DNA from: Macrostomum hystrix
Taxonomy: Eukaryota; Animalia; Platyhelminthes
Direction of reading: 5' to 3'
Length of the DNA stretch: 64,000 nucleotides
NCBI GenBank assembly: GCA_950097015.1
Contig: CATNEN010000002.1
Span: forward strand, 8,556,001 to 8,620,000
Shown: positions 24,035 through 37,400 of the stretch, in pieces
Layout of the letters: the number at the start of each line of letters is the position of its first letter
How positions within the stretch are numbered: position 1 is the first letter of the stretch
The notes under the pieces: model-generated
Databases searched by the model: none
What the model saw: only the letters and a program-made list of their open reading frames with translations
What the model was told of the DNA's origin: nothing
Program-made: the position numbers and the translations under genes

Positions 24035-25030
24035 GGGGTTGTCCTGAAGAACTGGAGGCTGTCCTGAAGAACTGGTGGTTGTCCTGAGGTACTGGGGCTG
24101 ACCTGAAGAACTGAGGACACTATTGAAGAATTGGAGGTTGTCGTGAAGAACTGGGGGCTGTCCTGAAGAAATGGGGCTGTCCTGAGGAACTGGGGGCTGT
24201 CCTGAAGAACTGGGGCTGTCCTGAGGAACTGGGGTTGTCCTGAGGAACTGTGGCTGTCCTGAAGAACTGGGGGGCTGCCCTGAAGAACTGAGGACACTAT
24301 TGAAGAATTGGAGGTTGTCGTGAGGAACTGGGGGCTGTCCTGAAGAACTGGGGGGCTGCCCTGAAGAACTGAGGACACTATTGAAGAATTGGAGGCTGTC
24401 CTGAAGAACTGGGGCTGTCCTGAGGAACTGGGGTTGTCCTGAGGAACTGTGGCTGTCCTGAAGAACTGGGGGGCTGCCCTGAAGAACTGAGGACACTATT
24501 GAAGAATTGGAGGTTGTCGTGAAGAACTGGGAGCTGTCCTGAAGAAATGGGGCTGTCCTGAGGAACTGGGGGCTGTCCTGAGGAACTGGGGGCTGTCCTG
24601 AAGAACTGAGGACACTATTGGAAGAATTGGAGGCTGTCCTGAAGAACTGGGGCTGTCCTGAGGAACTGGGGTTGTCCTGAGGAACTGTGGCTGTCCTGAG
24701 GAACTGGGGGGCTGTCCTGAAGAACTGGGGCTGTCCTGAGGAACTGGGGTTGTCCTGAGGAACTGGGGGGCTGCCCTGAAGAACTGAGGACACTATTGAA
24801 GAATTGGAGGTTGTCCTGAAGAACTGGGGCTGTCCTGAAGAACTGGGGCTGTCCTGAGGAACTGGGGTTGTCCTGAGGAACTGTGGCTGTCCTGAGGAAC
24901 TGGGGGGCTGCCCTGAAGAACTGAGGACACTATTGAAGAATTGGAGGTTGTCCTGAAGAAATGGGGGCTGCCGTAAAGATCTGGGGGTTGTCCCGAGGAA
25001 CTGGGGGTCGTTCTGAAGAACTGGGGGAAG
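24035..25030. repeat. Compound ~19-21-bp minisatellite
   Basis: Units gtcctgaagaactgggg(gct) interspersed with gaggacactattgaagaattggagg. Confidence 0.9.
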
Positions 25031-25399
25031 ATCTAAAGAAATGGGGACTGTACAGTTAAACTAATTTCTCAATAAAAAACTAATTGAAACCTACTTAAAA
25101 ATGTTCCAATGGAAAATGTTTAGGATGGAAATTTTATATTCATTCCACCATTAAATTTAAAAACAAAATACGGTTCGTATGAGCTAAAAATATGTTCTAT
25201 TTACTTAGAATCTGAAAATCGAAGATAAAAATTGGGGTATAAGACTCCTGCACTGATACGGGGAGAATTAAATCAGCTTATGCTCATTTCCAACGGACAA
25301 AGCGATCAAAAACGGGTCACGATTTGCAAAAGCTGATAGCTTGGTCTAGATTCGTAAATTAGTGAACAGGCCTTTTGTGTTTGCATGGCTACATTGAGT

Positions 25400-25562
25400 T
25401 TTAGCCCAGTGTTTAGAGCGTCGAACTAACGATTTGAAGGTCGGGGGTTCGATTCCCGACTTCACTGAAACAATTTGTGTCCTTCGGCAAGCCACTCGAT
25501 TGCTTAATCGCATTGCTTGAGTTTACGCAGCTGTTAAACGAGTGCCAGCATTAGCTGGGGCA
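25400..25562 (+). mobile_element. tRNA-derived SINE family B with a CORE-like domain
   Basis: A-box-like tagcccagtgtttag and B box ggttcgattcc, followed by gtgtccttcggcaagccactc, similar to the CORE motif gtgtccttgggcaag.cactt. Confidence 0.65.
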
Positions 25563-25979
25563 ATTAAGAAAGTTATTAGGTCTTGTTTCGCTAAAACAGT
25601 TTCTTTCGAGACGTGCTACGTCCACCTTTTAATTCCATTATTTATTTCTAGAAAATGATCAAAACAGATCCTTCTTAGGTTAGGTGAAAATCAAGATGGG
25701 AGAGAATGAAAACGATAAAACGAATCAAGTAGTTGATGAAATATATATATTTATGGAATCAAAGAGATCGATAGTATCGTGTGTTAACATTTCAGCCATA
25801 TGCCACTGAGCTGGAGCATGAAATAGCTAGCAAACATTTACACGCACAAACTCATGGCATCGCTGCGTTGATTTATCCTTCAGCTAACGATGCGCTATGA
25901 ACTAGCTATTCTAAATTGATTAAATACTATGTAGCTATGCCTGCTATTCATTCACAAACTATCCACGCATTATTAGCGA

Positions 25980-28855
25980 GCTATCCGTGCTTTATATTCC
26001 AGCTATCCATGCTTTATCATCCAGCTATCCGTGCTTTATATTCCAGCTATCCGTGTTTTATCATCCAGCTATCCATGCTTTATAATCCAGCGATCCATGC
26101 TTTATCATCCAGCTATCCATGTTTTATTATCCACCTATCCATGTTTTATCATCCAGCTATCCATGCTTTATCATCCAGCTATCCACGTTTTATTATCCAG
26201 CTATCCATGTTTTATTATCCAGCTATCCATGCTTTATTATCCCGTTATCCAAGTTTTATCATCCAGCTATCCATGCTTTATTTATCCAGCTATCCACGTT
26301 TTATTATCCAGCTATCCATGTTTTATTATCCAGCTATCCATGCTTTATTATCCAGCTATCCATGTTTTATTATCCAGCTATCCATGTTTTATTATACAGC
26401 TATCCATGCTTTATTATCCAGCTATCCATGTTTTATTATCCAGCTATCCATGTTTTATTATGCAGCTATCCATGTTTTATTATGCAGCCATCCATGTTTT
26501 ATTATACAGCTATCCATGCTTTATTATCAAGCTATCCATGCTTTATTATCCAGCTATCCATGTTTTATTATCCAGCTATCCATGCTTTATTATACAGATA
26601 TCCATGTTTTATTATCCAGCTATCCATGTTTTATTATACAGCTATCCATGCTTTATTATCCAGCTATTTATGCTTTATTATCCAGCTATCCATGTTTTAT
26701 CATCCAGCTATCCATGCTTTATCATCCAGCTATCCGTGCTTTATATTCCAGCTATCCGTGCTTTATATTCCAGCTATCCGTGCTTTATATTCCAGCTATC
26801 CGTGCTTTATATTCCAGCTATCCGTGCTTTATATTCCAGCTATCCGTGCTTTATATTCCAGCTATCCGTGCTTTATATTCCAGCTATCCGTGCTTTATAT
26901 TCCAGCTATCCATGCTTTGTCATCCAGCTATCCGTGCTTTATATTCCAGCTATCCATGCTTTATCATCCAGCTATCCGTGCTTTATATTCCAGCTATCCG
27001 TGTTTTATCATCCAGCTATCCATGCTTTATAATCCAGCGATCCATGCTTTATCATCCAGCTATCCATGTTTTATTATCCACCTATCCATGTTTTATCATC
27101 CAGCTATCCATGCTTTATCATCCAGCTATCCACGTTTTATTATCCAGCTATCCATGTTTTATTATCCAGCTATCCATGCTTTATTATCCCGTTATCCAAG
27201 TTTTATCATCCAGCTATCCATGCTTTATTTATCCAGCTATCCACGTTTTATTATCCAGCTATCCATGTTTTATTATCCAGCTATCCATGCTTTATTATCC
27301 AGCTATCCATGTTTTATTATCCAGCTATCCATGTTTTATTATACAGCTATCCATGCTTTATTATCCAGCTATCCATGTTTTATTATCCAGCTATCCATGT
27401 TTTATTATGCAGCTATCCATGTTTTATTATGCAGCCATCCATGTTTTATTATACAGCTATCCATGCTTTATTATCAAGCTATCCATGCTTTATTATCCAG
27501 CTATCCATGTTTTATTATCCAGCTATCCATGCTTTATTATACAGATATCCATGTTTTATTATCCAGCTATCCATGTTTTATTATACAGCTATCCATGCTT
27601 TATTATCCAGCTATTTATGCTTTATTATCCAGCTATCCATGTTTTATCATCCAGCTATCCATGCTTTATCATCCAGCTATCCGTGCTTTATATTCCAGCT
27701 ATCCGTGCTTTATATTCCAGCTATCCGTGCTTTATATTCCAGCTATCCGTGCTTTATATTCCAGCTATCCGTGCTTTATATTCCAGCTATCCGTGCTTTA
27801 TATTCCAGCTATCCGTGCTTTATATTCCAGCTATCCGTGCTTTATATTCCAGCTATCCATGCTTTGTCATACAGCTATCCGTGCTTTATATTCCAGCTAT
27901 CCATGCTTTATCATCCAGCTATCCGTGCTTTATATTCCAGCTATCCGTGTTTTATCATCCAGCTATCCATGCTTTATAATCCAGCGATCCATGCTTTATC
28001 ATCCAGCTATCCATGTTTTATTATCCACCTATCCATGTTTTATCATCCAGCTATCCATGCTTTATCATCCAGCTATCCACGTTTTATTATCCAGCTATCC
28101 ATGTTTTATTATCCAGCTATCCATGCTTTATTATCCCGTTATCCAAGTTTTATCATCCAGCTATCCATGCTTTATTTATCCAGCTATCCACGTTTTATTA
28201 TCCAGCTATCCATGTTTTATTATCCAGCTATCCATGCTTTATTATCCAGCTATCCATGTTTTATTATCCAGCTATCCATGTTTTATTATACAGCTATCCA
28301 TGCTTTATTATCCAGCTATCCATGTTTTATTATCCAGCTATCCATGTTTTATTATGCAGCTATCCATGTTTTATTATGCAGCCATCCATGTTTTATTATA
28401 CAGCTATCCATGCTTTATTATCAAGCTATCCATGCTTTATTATCCAGCTATCCATGTTTTATTATCCAGCTATCCATGCTTTATTATACAGATATCCATG
28501 TTTTATTATCCAGCTATCCATGTTTTATTATACAGCTATCCATGCTTTATTATCCAGCTATTTATGCTTTATTATCCAGCTATCCATGTTTTATCATCCA
28601 GCTATCCATGCTTTATAATCCAGCTATCCATGCTTTATCATCCAGCTATCCGTGCTTTATATTCCAGCTATCCATGTTTTATCATCCAGCTATCCATGCT
28701 TTATTATCCAGTTATCCATGTTTTATTATCCAGCTATCCATGCTTTATTATCTAGCTATCCATGTTTTATTATCCAGCTATCCATGTTTTTTTATCCAGC
28801 CACCATGTTTTATTATCCAGCTATCCATGTTTTATTATCCAGTTATCCATGCTTT
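25980..28855. repeat. ~2.9-kb 20/21-bp satellite with a 947-bp higher-order repeat
   Basis: Unit ccagctatccatgctttatta(t). Identical variant strings begin at 26119, 27066 and 28013. This array is the source of the 878-, 687- and 665-aa pseudo-ORFs. Confidence 0.95.
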
Positions 28856-29019
28856 ACAACTTTTGCAACGAAGGCGTACTAATATGAACTTATCGACTAA
28901 AATATGTCAGAAAATGTCGAAACAATCACAAAACGATCAACAAAGCACGACGAAAACCATTTGGTTCAGTGTGAAGTACACACGAGACACACGAGTCACT
29001 GAAGCACATGCCAAGTCGA

Positions 29020-32000
29020 TCAGATCTTGTCCAGCAGCTCAACTAGCTTCTCCGGCTCAGTGACTGGCAGCTGGCAGGTGAAATCGCGGCACAGGTAGGC
29101 CGTAACTCGGCCATCGATTGGCTCGTAGCCGCTGCACCAATCAGCATCGCCGGGCTGAATTAGGGTCAGGTCCGGCCGACCAATCGCAGCGTTTGATGAC
29201 CAGACGGCCTGCAGCATTGGCTCCAGATCTTCGGCTGCTGATGAAGTCGGCGATGAGATGACCAACGTGGCTGGGGGGCCGGCAGCCGTCAGCAGGCAGG
29301 CCGAAGTCATTTCACAGAGAGCCATCGGCTGGCGGCCGAGGGTCTGGGCGAACCTGGCCAGGAGCTGCCAGCCGCGGCTCGTCTGCTCGCCAGGTGCCTC
29401 CTGGCTGTTGAATGCGCGAAAGCTGGCCAGATTGACGGCTGCGACAGAGTTGCCACACGGCTCGGCACCGTCGTGATCGTCCAGCAGACGCATTGGCAGT
29501 TCCGACTTGCTGGAGTCCTGGCCGGCCGACTCATTCCTGCGCGAGAAATTAGAGGATATGAGAGCCGATTACATGGGGAATGATGGCAGCCTACTCCACC
29601 TGGGGAATGATGGCAGCCTACTCCACCTGGGGAATGATGGCAGCCTACTCCACCTGGGGAATGATGGCAGCCTACTCCACCTGCCTAAGCTCCATCTATT
29701 TGAATCTGCTACATGCCTGGTGTCAAAGTAAGCCAGGGCCTCCGGACACCAGAAGGCCTCGTCCTGCTCCTTCTGCAGCTGGCGAGCCCAGTCCAGGTAG
29801 GGCGGATGCAGGGTGGCCCTGTACAGCTGCAGCAGGGCGCTGATGAGCTGGGTGTGGTCATCCAGAAAGGCCTTGACCGGAGTTGGGCCCAGGGTGACTC
29901 CGTCCGCGCCATCCGGGTATGCCACCCGGTACAGGGTGCGCGTCTCCTCGTTCCACAGGTGCCGCCGGAGAAAATCGGCGCCGCGACGGGCGCGCTGGAG
30001 CCACTCGGGCCGGTTGAGCAGGCGGCCGGCCTGGGCCAGAGCCGAGATCATCATGGCGTTCCAGCTGGTCAGCAACTGGCGGAATCGAGCGCGCGGGTTA
30101 TGAGCGGATTAGTGTTGGCATGGCAACCAGGTAAAATAGCAGGACTATTTATAGAGCATTCGCTGACCCAAGACTAGGAACACATTCAACTAAAGTGCGC
30201 AACATGGCACAGCCGCAGCTATTTCTGTGGTGTCGTGAATCGAACCCCCGTCCTTCGAGTCGTGAGTCAGACGATTTAACAACTTGGCTAGAACAATGAG
30301 CCATGAAATCACGGCTTCCAGCTTTGCCTCACCTTGTCGTCAAGATGCGGCGGCGGCCGCTTGGCGCGCACCTCGCGCAGCCGTCGCAGACAGTCGGCGA
30401 TAATCTCGCGCAGCCGATGCTCCGGCAGGCCGAGCTCTTCAGACAAGGCAGCCCAGGACTTACGCCTAATCAGTACATTCTGACTGCGCAGCTCATCGTG
30501 AGGATCCTGATAAGGCTCCACGTTGCCAGTTTCAGTGCATGAGAACACTGTTGCGAACACCTGCAGCAGATGCAAATACGGATGGAGATGGATGTATAGA
30601 TGCATCATGGATGTATAATGTCTCATGGATGTATAATGTCTCAGGGATGTATAATGTCTCATGGATGTATAATGTCTCATGGATGTATAATGTCTCATGG
30701 ATGTATAATGTCTCATGGATGTATAAATGCATCATGGATGTATAATGTCTCAGGGATGTATAATGTCTCATGGATGTATAATGTCTCATGGATGTATAAT
30801 GTCTCAGGGATGTATAATGTCTCATGGATGTATAATGTCTCATGGATGTATAATGTCTCATGGATGTATAATGTCTCATGGATGTATAAATGCATCATGG
30901 ATGTATAATGTCTCATGGATGTATAGTGTCTCATGAATGTATAATGTCTTATGGATGTATAATGTCTCATGGATGCATAATGTCTCATGGATGTATAATG
31001 TCTCATGGATGTATAATGTCTCATGGATGCATAATGTCTCATGGATGCATAATGTCTCATGGATGTATTCTAGATCTCATGAATGTTTTGTGTCTCATGG
31101 ACACGCACCTTCAGGTAGGTGAGCTGCTCGGCTGTGCATTCCTGCAGACAGTCTGCCAACTGCTGCCAGGTCCAAACGCAGAAGGCCCCCTCCTTCTTGC
31201 CGTGGCCGTGGCCGCCAGCCGCCAGCTCAGCTGTTTCCTCAGACCCGGCAGGTGGCTCTGGCAGCGAGTCCGCATCCTGAGCGCTGTAGAAGCCGCCAGC
31301 CGGGTGTGACAGCTCGCGCAGAACGTACTCGACGATGCCAGCCGCAGTGGCGGCAAGATCAGCGGACTCGGCAGAGAAATCCTTGGCGCAGAAGCGCGAG
31401 GTCACAGCGTAGGCTGAGCACAACTGAGCCTGGTCGTACAGCATCTTCTCAAAGTGCGGCACGTGCCATTTGGCATCGGTTGAATAGCGGTGAAAGCCGC
31501 CGTTGACGTGGTCGTGAATGCCGCCGCGGGACATGCAGCCGAGGGTGTGCCGGGTCATGCTGAGCGCCTCCGCCGACAACGCGGGCTCCTCCAGCCGGCG
31601 AAGGCCGGCTAGCCGCAGCAGGAAGGCCAGCAGCGAGGGCTGCGGGAACTTCGGCGCCCGGCCAAAGCCGCCCAGATCGGCGTCGAATCTGTCGCGCAGC
31701 TGGCGAAGGCAGAGCGCGGCCGGCCGGCTGGGGTCGAAGGCGGGAGCGCCAGACGGGGAAGCCGGCGGGCCGGTGGCTTTGCGCAGGGCGTCCAGGATTT
31801 CTGCGCCCTGAGCTTCGATCTGCGGTGGCGAAGAGAAAACAAGTTAGTTGGTTGAGACGGCGATCGCTGACCACCGACTGAGTGGTCGGAAGTTCGAATC
31901 GCAGCGTAATTATAAATAATTAGAAAAACAAGCAGGTTGAGAGGGCGTGAAGCGAGTAGGCTGAGGGTGAGCGCCTCCGCCGACAGCAGAAAGGCCAGAA

Positions 32001-33751
32001 GCGAAGGCTGTGGTCAGTGAACCGTGTAAAGAAGGTGAGAAGCGTTTAGAGAGGGTGAGAAGTGGGTAGAGGGTGAGAAGCGGGTAAAGAAGGTGAGAAG
32101 CGGGTGAAGAATGTGAGAAGCGGGTAGAGAGCGTTAGAAGTAGGTAGAGAAAGTGAGAAGCGGTTAGAGAGGGTGAGAAGTGGGTAGAGAGGGGTGAAAA
32201 GTGGGTAGGGAGGGTGAGAAGTGGGTAGAGAGGGTGAGAAGTGGGTAAAGAGCGTGAGAAGTGGGTAGAGAGGGTGAGAAGTCGGTAGAGAGGGTGAGAA
32301 GTGGGTAGAGAGGGTGAGAAGTGGGTAGAGAGGGTGAGAAGTCGGTAGAGAGGGTGAGAAGTGGGTAGAATGGGCGAGAAGTGGGTAGAGAAGGTGAGAA
32401 GTGGGTAGAAAGGGTGAGAAGTGGGTAGAGAGGGTGGGAAGTCGGTAGAGAGGGTGAGAAGTGGGTAGAGAGGGTGAGAAGTGGGTAGAGTGGGCGAGAA
32501 GTGGGTAGAGAGGGTGAGAAGTGGTTAGAAAGGGTAAGAAGCGGGTAGACAGGGTGAGAAGCGGCTAAAGAGGTTTAGAAGCGTAGGAGTTGGTTGACAT
32601 AAGTAAAATTCATTAACAAATATTACTGTACAGTACACAATATTAAAAATACAATAGACAATCGAATCATGCATTCTTAACTACACCAGCTGGTCGATGG
32701 AACCTGACTCACTGAATCCTTTGGAAACAGACAATAACGAACAACTTATAAAAGCAGATTAGAATAGTCGACAGGGGTTGCCTACCTGATTGCGATTCTC
32801 CGACCACCTGTCGGCCAGGGACTGCAGCACTGAGGCAAAGCCGGGCCGGCCGAAGTACCTGTCATCGGGCGGGAAGTACGTGCCACCGAACACTGGCTTC
32901 TTGTCCGGCGTCAACCAGACAGACAGCGGCCAGCCGCCACCGATGCCCAGGGCGAGTACAAAGTTCATGTAGATCCGGTCCACGTCAGGCCGCTCCTCGC
33001 GATCCACCTGCCGGAAGTGGCGAGATGAGAGTTGTGAGAATAGATCAATGAGAGTTGTGAGAATAGATCAATGAGAGTTGTGAGAATAGATACGTGAGAA
33101 TTGTGAGAATAGATCAATGAGAGCTGTGAGAATAGATCAATGAGAATCGTGAGAATAGATTAATGAGAGTTGTGATAATGATACGTGAGAATTGTGAGAA
33201 TAGATACGTGAGAATTGTGAGAATAGATACGTGAGAATTGTGATAATAGATACGTGAGAATTGTGATAATAGATACGTGAGAATTGTGATAATAGATACG
33301 TGAGAATTGTGAGAATAGAAACGTGAGAATTGTGAGAATAGATCAATGAGAGTTGTGAGAATATATCCGTGAGAATTGTTAGAATAGATCAATGAGAGTT
33401 GTGAGAATAGACCAATGAGAATTGTGAGAATAGATTAATGAGAGTTGTGAGAATAGATCAATGAGAGTTGTGAGAATAGATACGTGAGAATTGTGAGAAT
33501 AGATCAATGAGAGTTGTGAGAATAGATACGTGAGAATTGTGAGAATAGATCAAAGAGAGTTGTGAAAATAGGAGTAGATTTATGAGAGTTGTGAGACAAG
33601 AAAATATAAAATGAATGCCAATTCATATTTCTAAGAATCAAATAATCATATGAATTAGTACGCCTAAGAAAACGTTATACCCCACCTTGATGCTAACAAA
33701 GTTGTCATTCATCAGCTTGGCAATATTGACATTCTGAAAGGACTCGCGGTG

Positions 33752-33784
<33 letters not shown>

Positions 33785-33955
33785 TATACTCAGGAACACC
33801 AGGCGGTTTCTGTTGCGTGCCAGGGCGAAAGCATCTTCGCCCCAGGGCTGCCAGTGCACCGGATCATTAGCGTGCTGGGCCAGGTAAGGCGACCTGGACA
33901 GGTGAAGCCGGTTCGCTGCGGAGTCGGCGCCGCTGCTGCTGCTGCTGAGAGCCAT
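29020..33955 (-). CDS. SPATA20: Spermatogenesis-associated protein 20 (YyaL/SSP411 thioredoxin-like plus alpha/alpha toroid), 6 exons
   Basis: Exons 33955-33686, 33007-32786, 31819-31109, 30560-30333, 30075-~29717 and 29536-29020. Motifs [78 protein letters not shown] and DGAEP. The exon 5 donor is ambiguous (GC at 29716 or a GT 36 nt further on). Confidence 0.93.
29575..29685. repeat. 27-bp intronic tandem repeat (4 copies)
   Basis: Unit ggggaatgatggcagcctactccacct. Confidence 0.9.
30220..30290 (-). mobile_element. tRNA-like head of SINE family B (intronic copy)
   Basis: Reverse complement tagccaagttgttaaatcgtctgactcacgactcgaaggacgggggttcgattcacgacaccacagaaa resembles 25402-25475. Confidence 0.55.
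30590..31075. repeat. 18-bp intronic minisatellite
   Basis: Unit catggatgtataatgtct. Confidence 0.95.
32030..32580. repeat. 20-bp intronic minisatellite
   Basis: Unit agggtgagaagtgggtagag. Confidence 0.92.
33025..33600. repeat. 23-bp intronic minisatellite
   Basis: Units gagaatagatcaatgagagttgt and gagaatagatacgtgagaattgt. Confidence 0.92.
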
Positions 33956-34019
33956 CCTGCAGAATGCTGCTGATGTCTGTGCACTCCTCAGCCTGATAAG
34001 AAACTGCTGGAAACAGTTG

Positions 34020-35210
34020 GGGATAACAGCTTGTGCTCAGAACACACAGACTCTCTCACCAATGGGATAACTAGTGCTCAGAACACACAGACTCCCTCAC
34101 TAATGGGATAACTAGTGCTCAGAACACACAGACTCCCTCACTAATGGGATAACTAGTGCTCAGAACACACAGACTTCCTCACTAATGGGATAACTAGTGC
34201 TCAGAACACACAGACTCACTTCACCAATGGGATAACTAGTGCTCAGAACACACAGACTCCCTCACTAATGGGATAACTAGTGCTCAGAACACACAGACTT
34301 CCTCACTAATGGGATAACTAGTGCTCAGAACACACAGACTCACTTCACCAATGGGATAACTAGTGCTCAGAACACACAGACTTCCTCACTAATGGGATAA
34401 CTAGTGCTCAGAACACACAGACTCCCTCACCAATGGGATAACTAGTGCTCAGAACACACAGACTCTCTCACCAATGGGATAACTAGTGCTCAGAACACAC
34501 AGACTCCCTCACTAATGGGATAACTAGTGCTCAGAACACACAGACTCCCTCACCAATGGGATAACTAGTGCTCAGAACACACAGACTTCCTCACTAATGG
34601 GATAACTAGTGCTCAGAACACACAGACTTCCTCACTAATGGGATAACTAGTGCTCAGAACACACAGACTTCCTCACTAATGGGATAACTAGTGCTCAGAA
34701 CACACAGACTCACTTCACCAATGGGATAACTAGTGCTCAGAACACACAGACTCACTTCACCAATGGGATAACTAGTGCTCAGAACACACACTCTCTCACC
34801 AATGGGATAACGAGTGCTCAGAACACACAGACTCCCTCACCAATGGGATAACGAGTGCTCAGAACACACACTCTCTCACCAATGGGATAACGAGTGCTCA
34901 GAACACACAGACTCCCTCACCAATGGGATAACGAGTGCTCAGAACACACACACTCTCTCACCAATGGGATAACGAGTGCTCAGAACCCACAGACTCACTT
35001 CACTAATGGGATAACTAGTGCTCAGAACACACAGACTCACTTCACCAATGGGATAACTAGTGCTCAGAACACACACTCTCTCACCAATGGGATAACGAGT
35101 GCTCAGAACACACAGACTCCCTCACCAATGGGATAACTAGTGCTCAGAACACACAGACTCCCTTTACCAACGCGATAACTATTCCTCACCAACGGGATAA
35201 CTATCTCGCA
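34020..35210. repeat. 41-bp minisatellite immediately upstream of SPATA20
   Basis: Unit aatgggataactagtgctcagaacacacagactccctcact, with 39-43-bp variants. Confidence 0.95.
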
Positions 35211-35794
35211 ACAATGGGATAATTAGTCTTCAGAATACACAGAATCCCTCCGTAATGGGATAATCAGTCCAAACTTTATGCTGAGAACACAGGTAGAAAA
35301 TAAATGACATAAAACTGCTAGGCACATAATTTTATCGCACACGCAATACTATGGAAGTTTATTTATAATTATATCATGCACATAATGTAGCATTGAAAGC
35401 TCTGCAGTTGTAACCAGTCAATATCAAAACGTGATTAAGCAACATCAAATAACAAAAAAAAACAAATGAAATAATACTAATACATGAGAGTGAGTCTAAG
35501 TGATGCGATTAGAGCATGTGAGACAGGCAGCCAAATAAATAATACAGTTTTATCTGACTCAGAGATGCTAACAGCAGTTTTCAACGAGTTAAGTAGTAGT
35601 TATTACAGTGGGAGAATGCATAATTCCAATAAGCTGCTACTCAAATTATCAAATGAAATAATTTGATAAATGAAATCTTCATATGTAAACATGTTAATTA
35701 CAATAAAAACCGTGCATTCTATAAATATTAAACAATCTTAATATTAAATATTAAACATTTTTCGTATCAAACGATCTAATCGCCAATTTCTAAC

Positions 35795-36195
35795 CACTAC
35801 CAATCAGCGAACGGCACACTAACCTCATTGACCAATCAGCGAACGGCACACAAACCTCATTGACCAATCAGCGAACGGCACACTAACCTCATTGACCAAT
35901 CAGCGAACGGCACACTAACCTCATTGACCAATCAGCGAACGGCACACTAACCTCATTGACCAACCAGCGAACGGCACACTAACCTCATTGACCAATCAGC
36001 GAACGGCACACTAACCTCATTGACCAATCAGCGAACGGCACACTAACCTCATTGACCAATCAGCGAACGGCACACTAACCTCATTGACCAATCAGCGAAT
36101 GGCACACAAATCTCATTGACCAATCAGCGAACGGTACACTAACCTCATTGACCAATCAGCGAACGGCAGACTAACCTCATTGACCAATCAGTGAT
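35795..36195. repeat. 32-bp minisatellite, each unit carrying CCAAT
   Basis: Unit gaccaatcagcgaacggcacactaacctcatt, about 12 copies. Confidence 0.95.
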
Positions 36196-36310
36196 TAGCT
36201 CACTTTCAAGACCTTTAAACAATCAGCAGATAGTATGAGATCTATCCCACTGACCAATCGCCCATCAGTTCTTCTACCCCCGTCGACCAATCAGCTGCGA
36301 GCCGCTAGTG

Positions 36311-36998
36311 TCAGAGCTCGTCCTTCTGATCCGGATAGCGCTCGGCAAGGCACGCCTCTTCGCGACCGCGCAGCACCCGCTGGCGGCACAGGAAGTCGGC
36401 CAGTTTGACTCCGTCAGCTCGGCCCTTGAAGAACCAATCCCGAATGTCATCCTCCCAGGTCTCAATCAGAGCTTCGCACTCCTTTTTTAGCGAGTGCACC
36501 TCGGTTGGGGCGGAGTCCCACAGCTCCTTGGGGATGCCGAGGTCCACTTTGACGCCTCTGCAACGGTTGGGTCAGAATTGGTTCGACCAATTCACACCAA
36601 TGAACAGAAGTACAATAGCCCTACCTCGCCACAAGGTCGTCCAAGGTCTTGAAGGTCACGGACTTGCCGGGCTTGAAGCGCAGGCTGTTCTTGTGCTCCT
36701 TGTGCAGCTGGTAGGTGAGCAGCCGATCGCACAGAGGCGGATTCTCCAGGATCTCGATGAGCCGGAGCTCGCTGTCGCGGTAGGGCACGGCCGCCTTGGT
36801 CATGACCACCGAGTGAGAGTTGGTCTCAGCCAGGCGCTTGTTCAGCTCCAGCACCGCGTATTTGCACACCTCGCACAGAGTCGGCTGCCGAACTCCGTGA
36901 TCATCCTCCTTAGTTACCAGATCGGCGGCCCTAGCAACCGATAGGCAGCACGCTGCTAAACAGAATAGTGTCCTTAGCAACCGAGGCGCGATAGCCAT
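36311..36998 (-). CDS. CNPY3: Canopy family (CNPY3/4-like) saposin-like ER protein with C-terminal KDEL
   Basis: Exons 36998-36625 and 36557-36311 (phase 2, 67-nt intron). Signal peptide, CEVCK, SELRLIEILE, GKSVTFKTLDDLV|RGVKVDLGIPKELWD, LKKECE, LC...L and terminal KDEL. CNPY3 and CNPY4 cannot be distinguished by eye. Confidence 0.88.
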
Positions 36999-37044
36999 GT
37001 TTTGTGGCTGAAGAAGAAAAACTGAGATGTAAATAACTAGAAAT

Positions 37045-37400
37045 CACAGGCCAGTCTATCCATGACCAATCAGATTTCATCACAGGCCAGTCTATCCATG
37101 ACCAATCAGATTTCATCACAGGCCTATCTATCCCTGACCAATCAGATTTCATCACAGGCCTGTCTATCCCTGACCAATCAGATTTCATCACAGGCCTGTC
37201 TATCCCTGACCAATCAGGTTTTATCACAGGCCTGTCTATCCCTGACCAATCAGATTTCATCACAGGCCTGTCTATCCCTGACCAATCAGATTTCATCACA
37301 GGCCTGTCTATCCCTGACCAATCAGGTTTTATCACAGGCCTGTCTATCCCTGACCAATCAGATTTCAACACAGGCCTGTCTATCCCTGACCAATCAGATT
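37045..37400. repeat. 36-bp minisatellite, each unit carrying CCAAT, directly upstream of CNPY
   Basis: Unit gaccaatcagatttcatcacaggcctgtctatccct, about 10 copies. Confidence 0.95.

Noticed and set aside
25400-25475. A tRNA gene
   Set aside because: No well-paired acceptor or anticodon stems; it continues into a SINE-like body and has a diverged second copy.
25916-29063. Very long ORFs (878, 687, 665 aa; YPAIHVLLSSYPCFIIQLS)
   Set aside because: Translations of a 20/21-bp satellite that shift frame with unit length; no domain or signal.
34020-37400. 32-41-bp repeat arrays as CRISPR arrays
   Set aside because: Head-to-tail units with no unique spacers, no cas genes, and a eukaryotic context.
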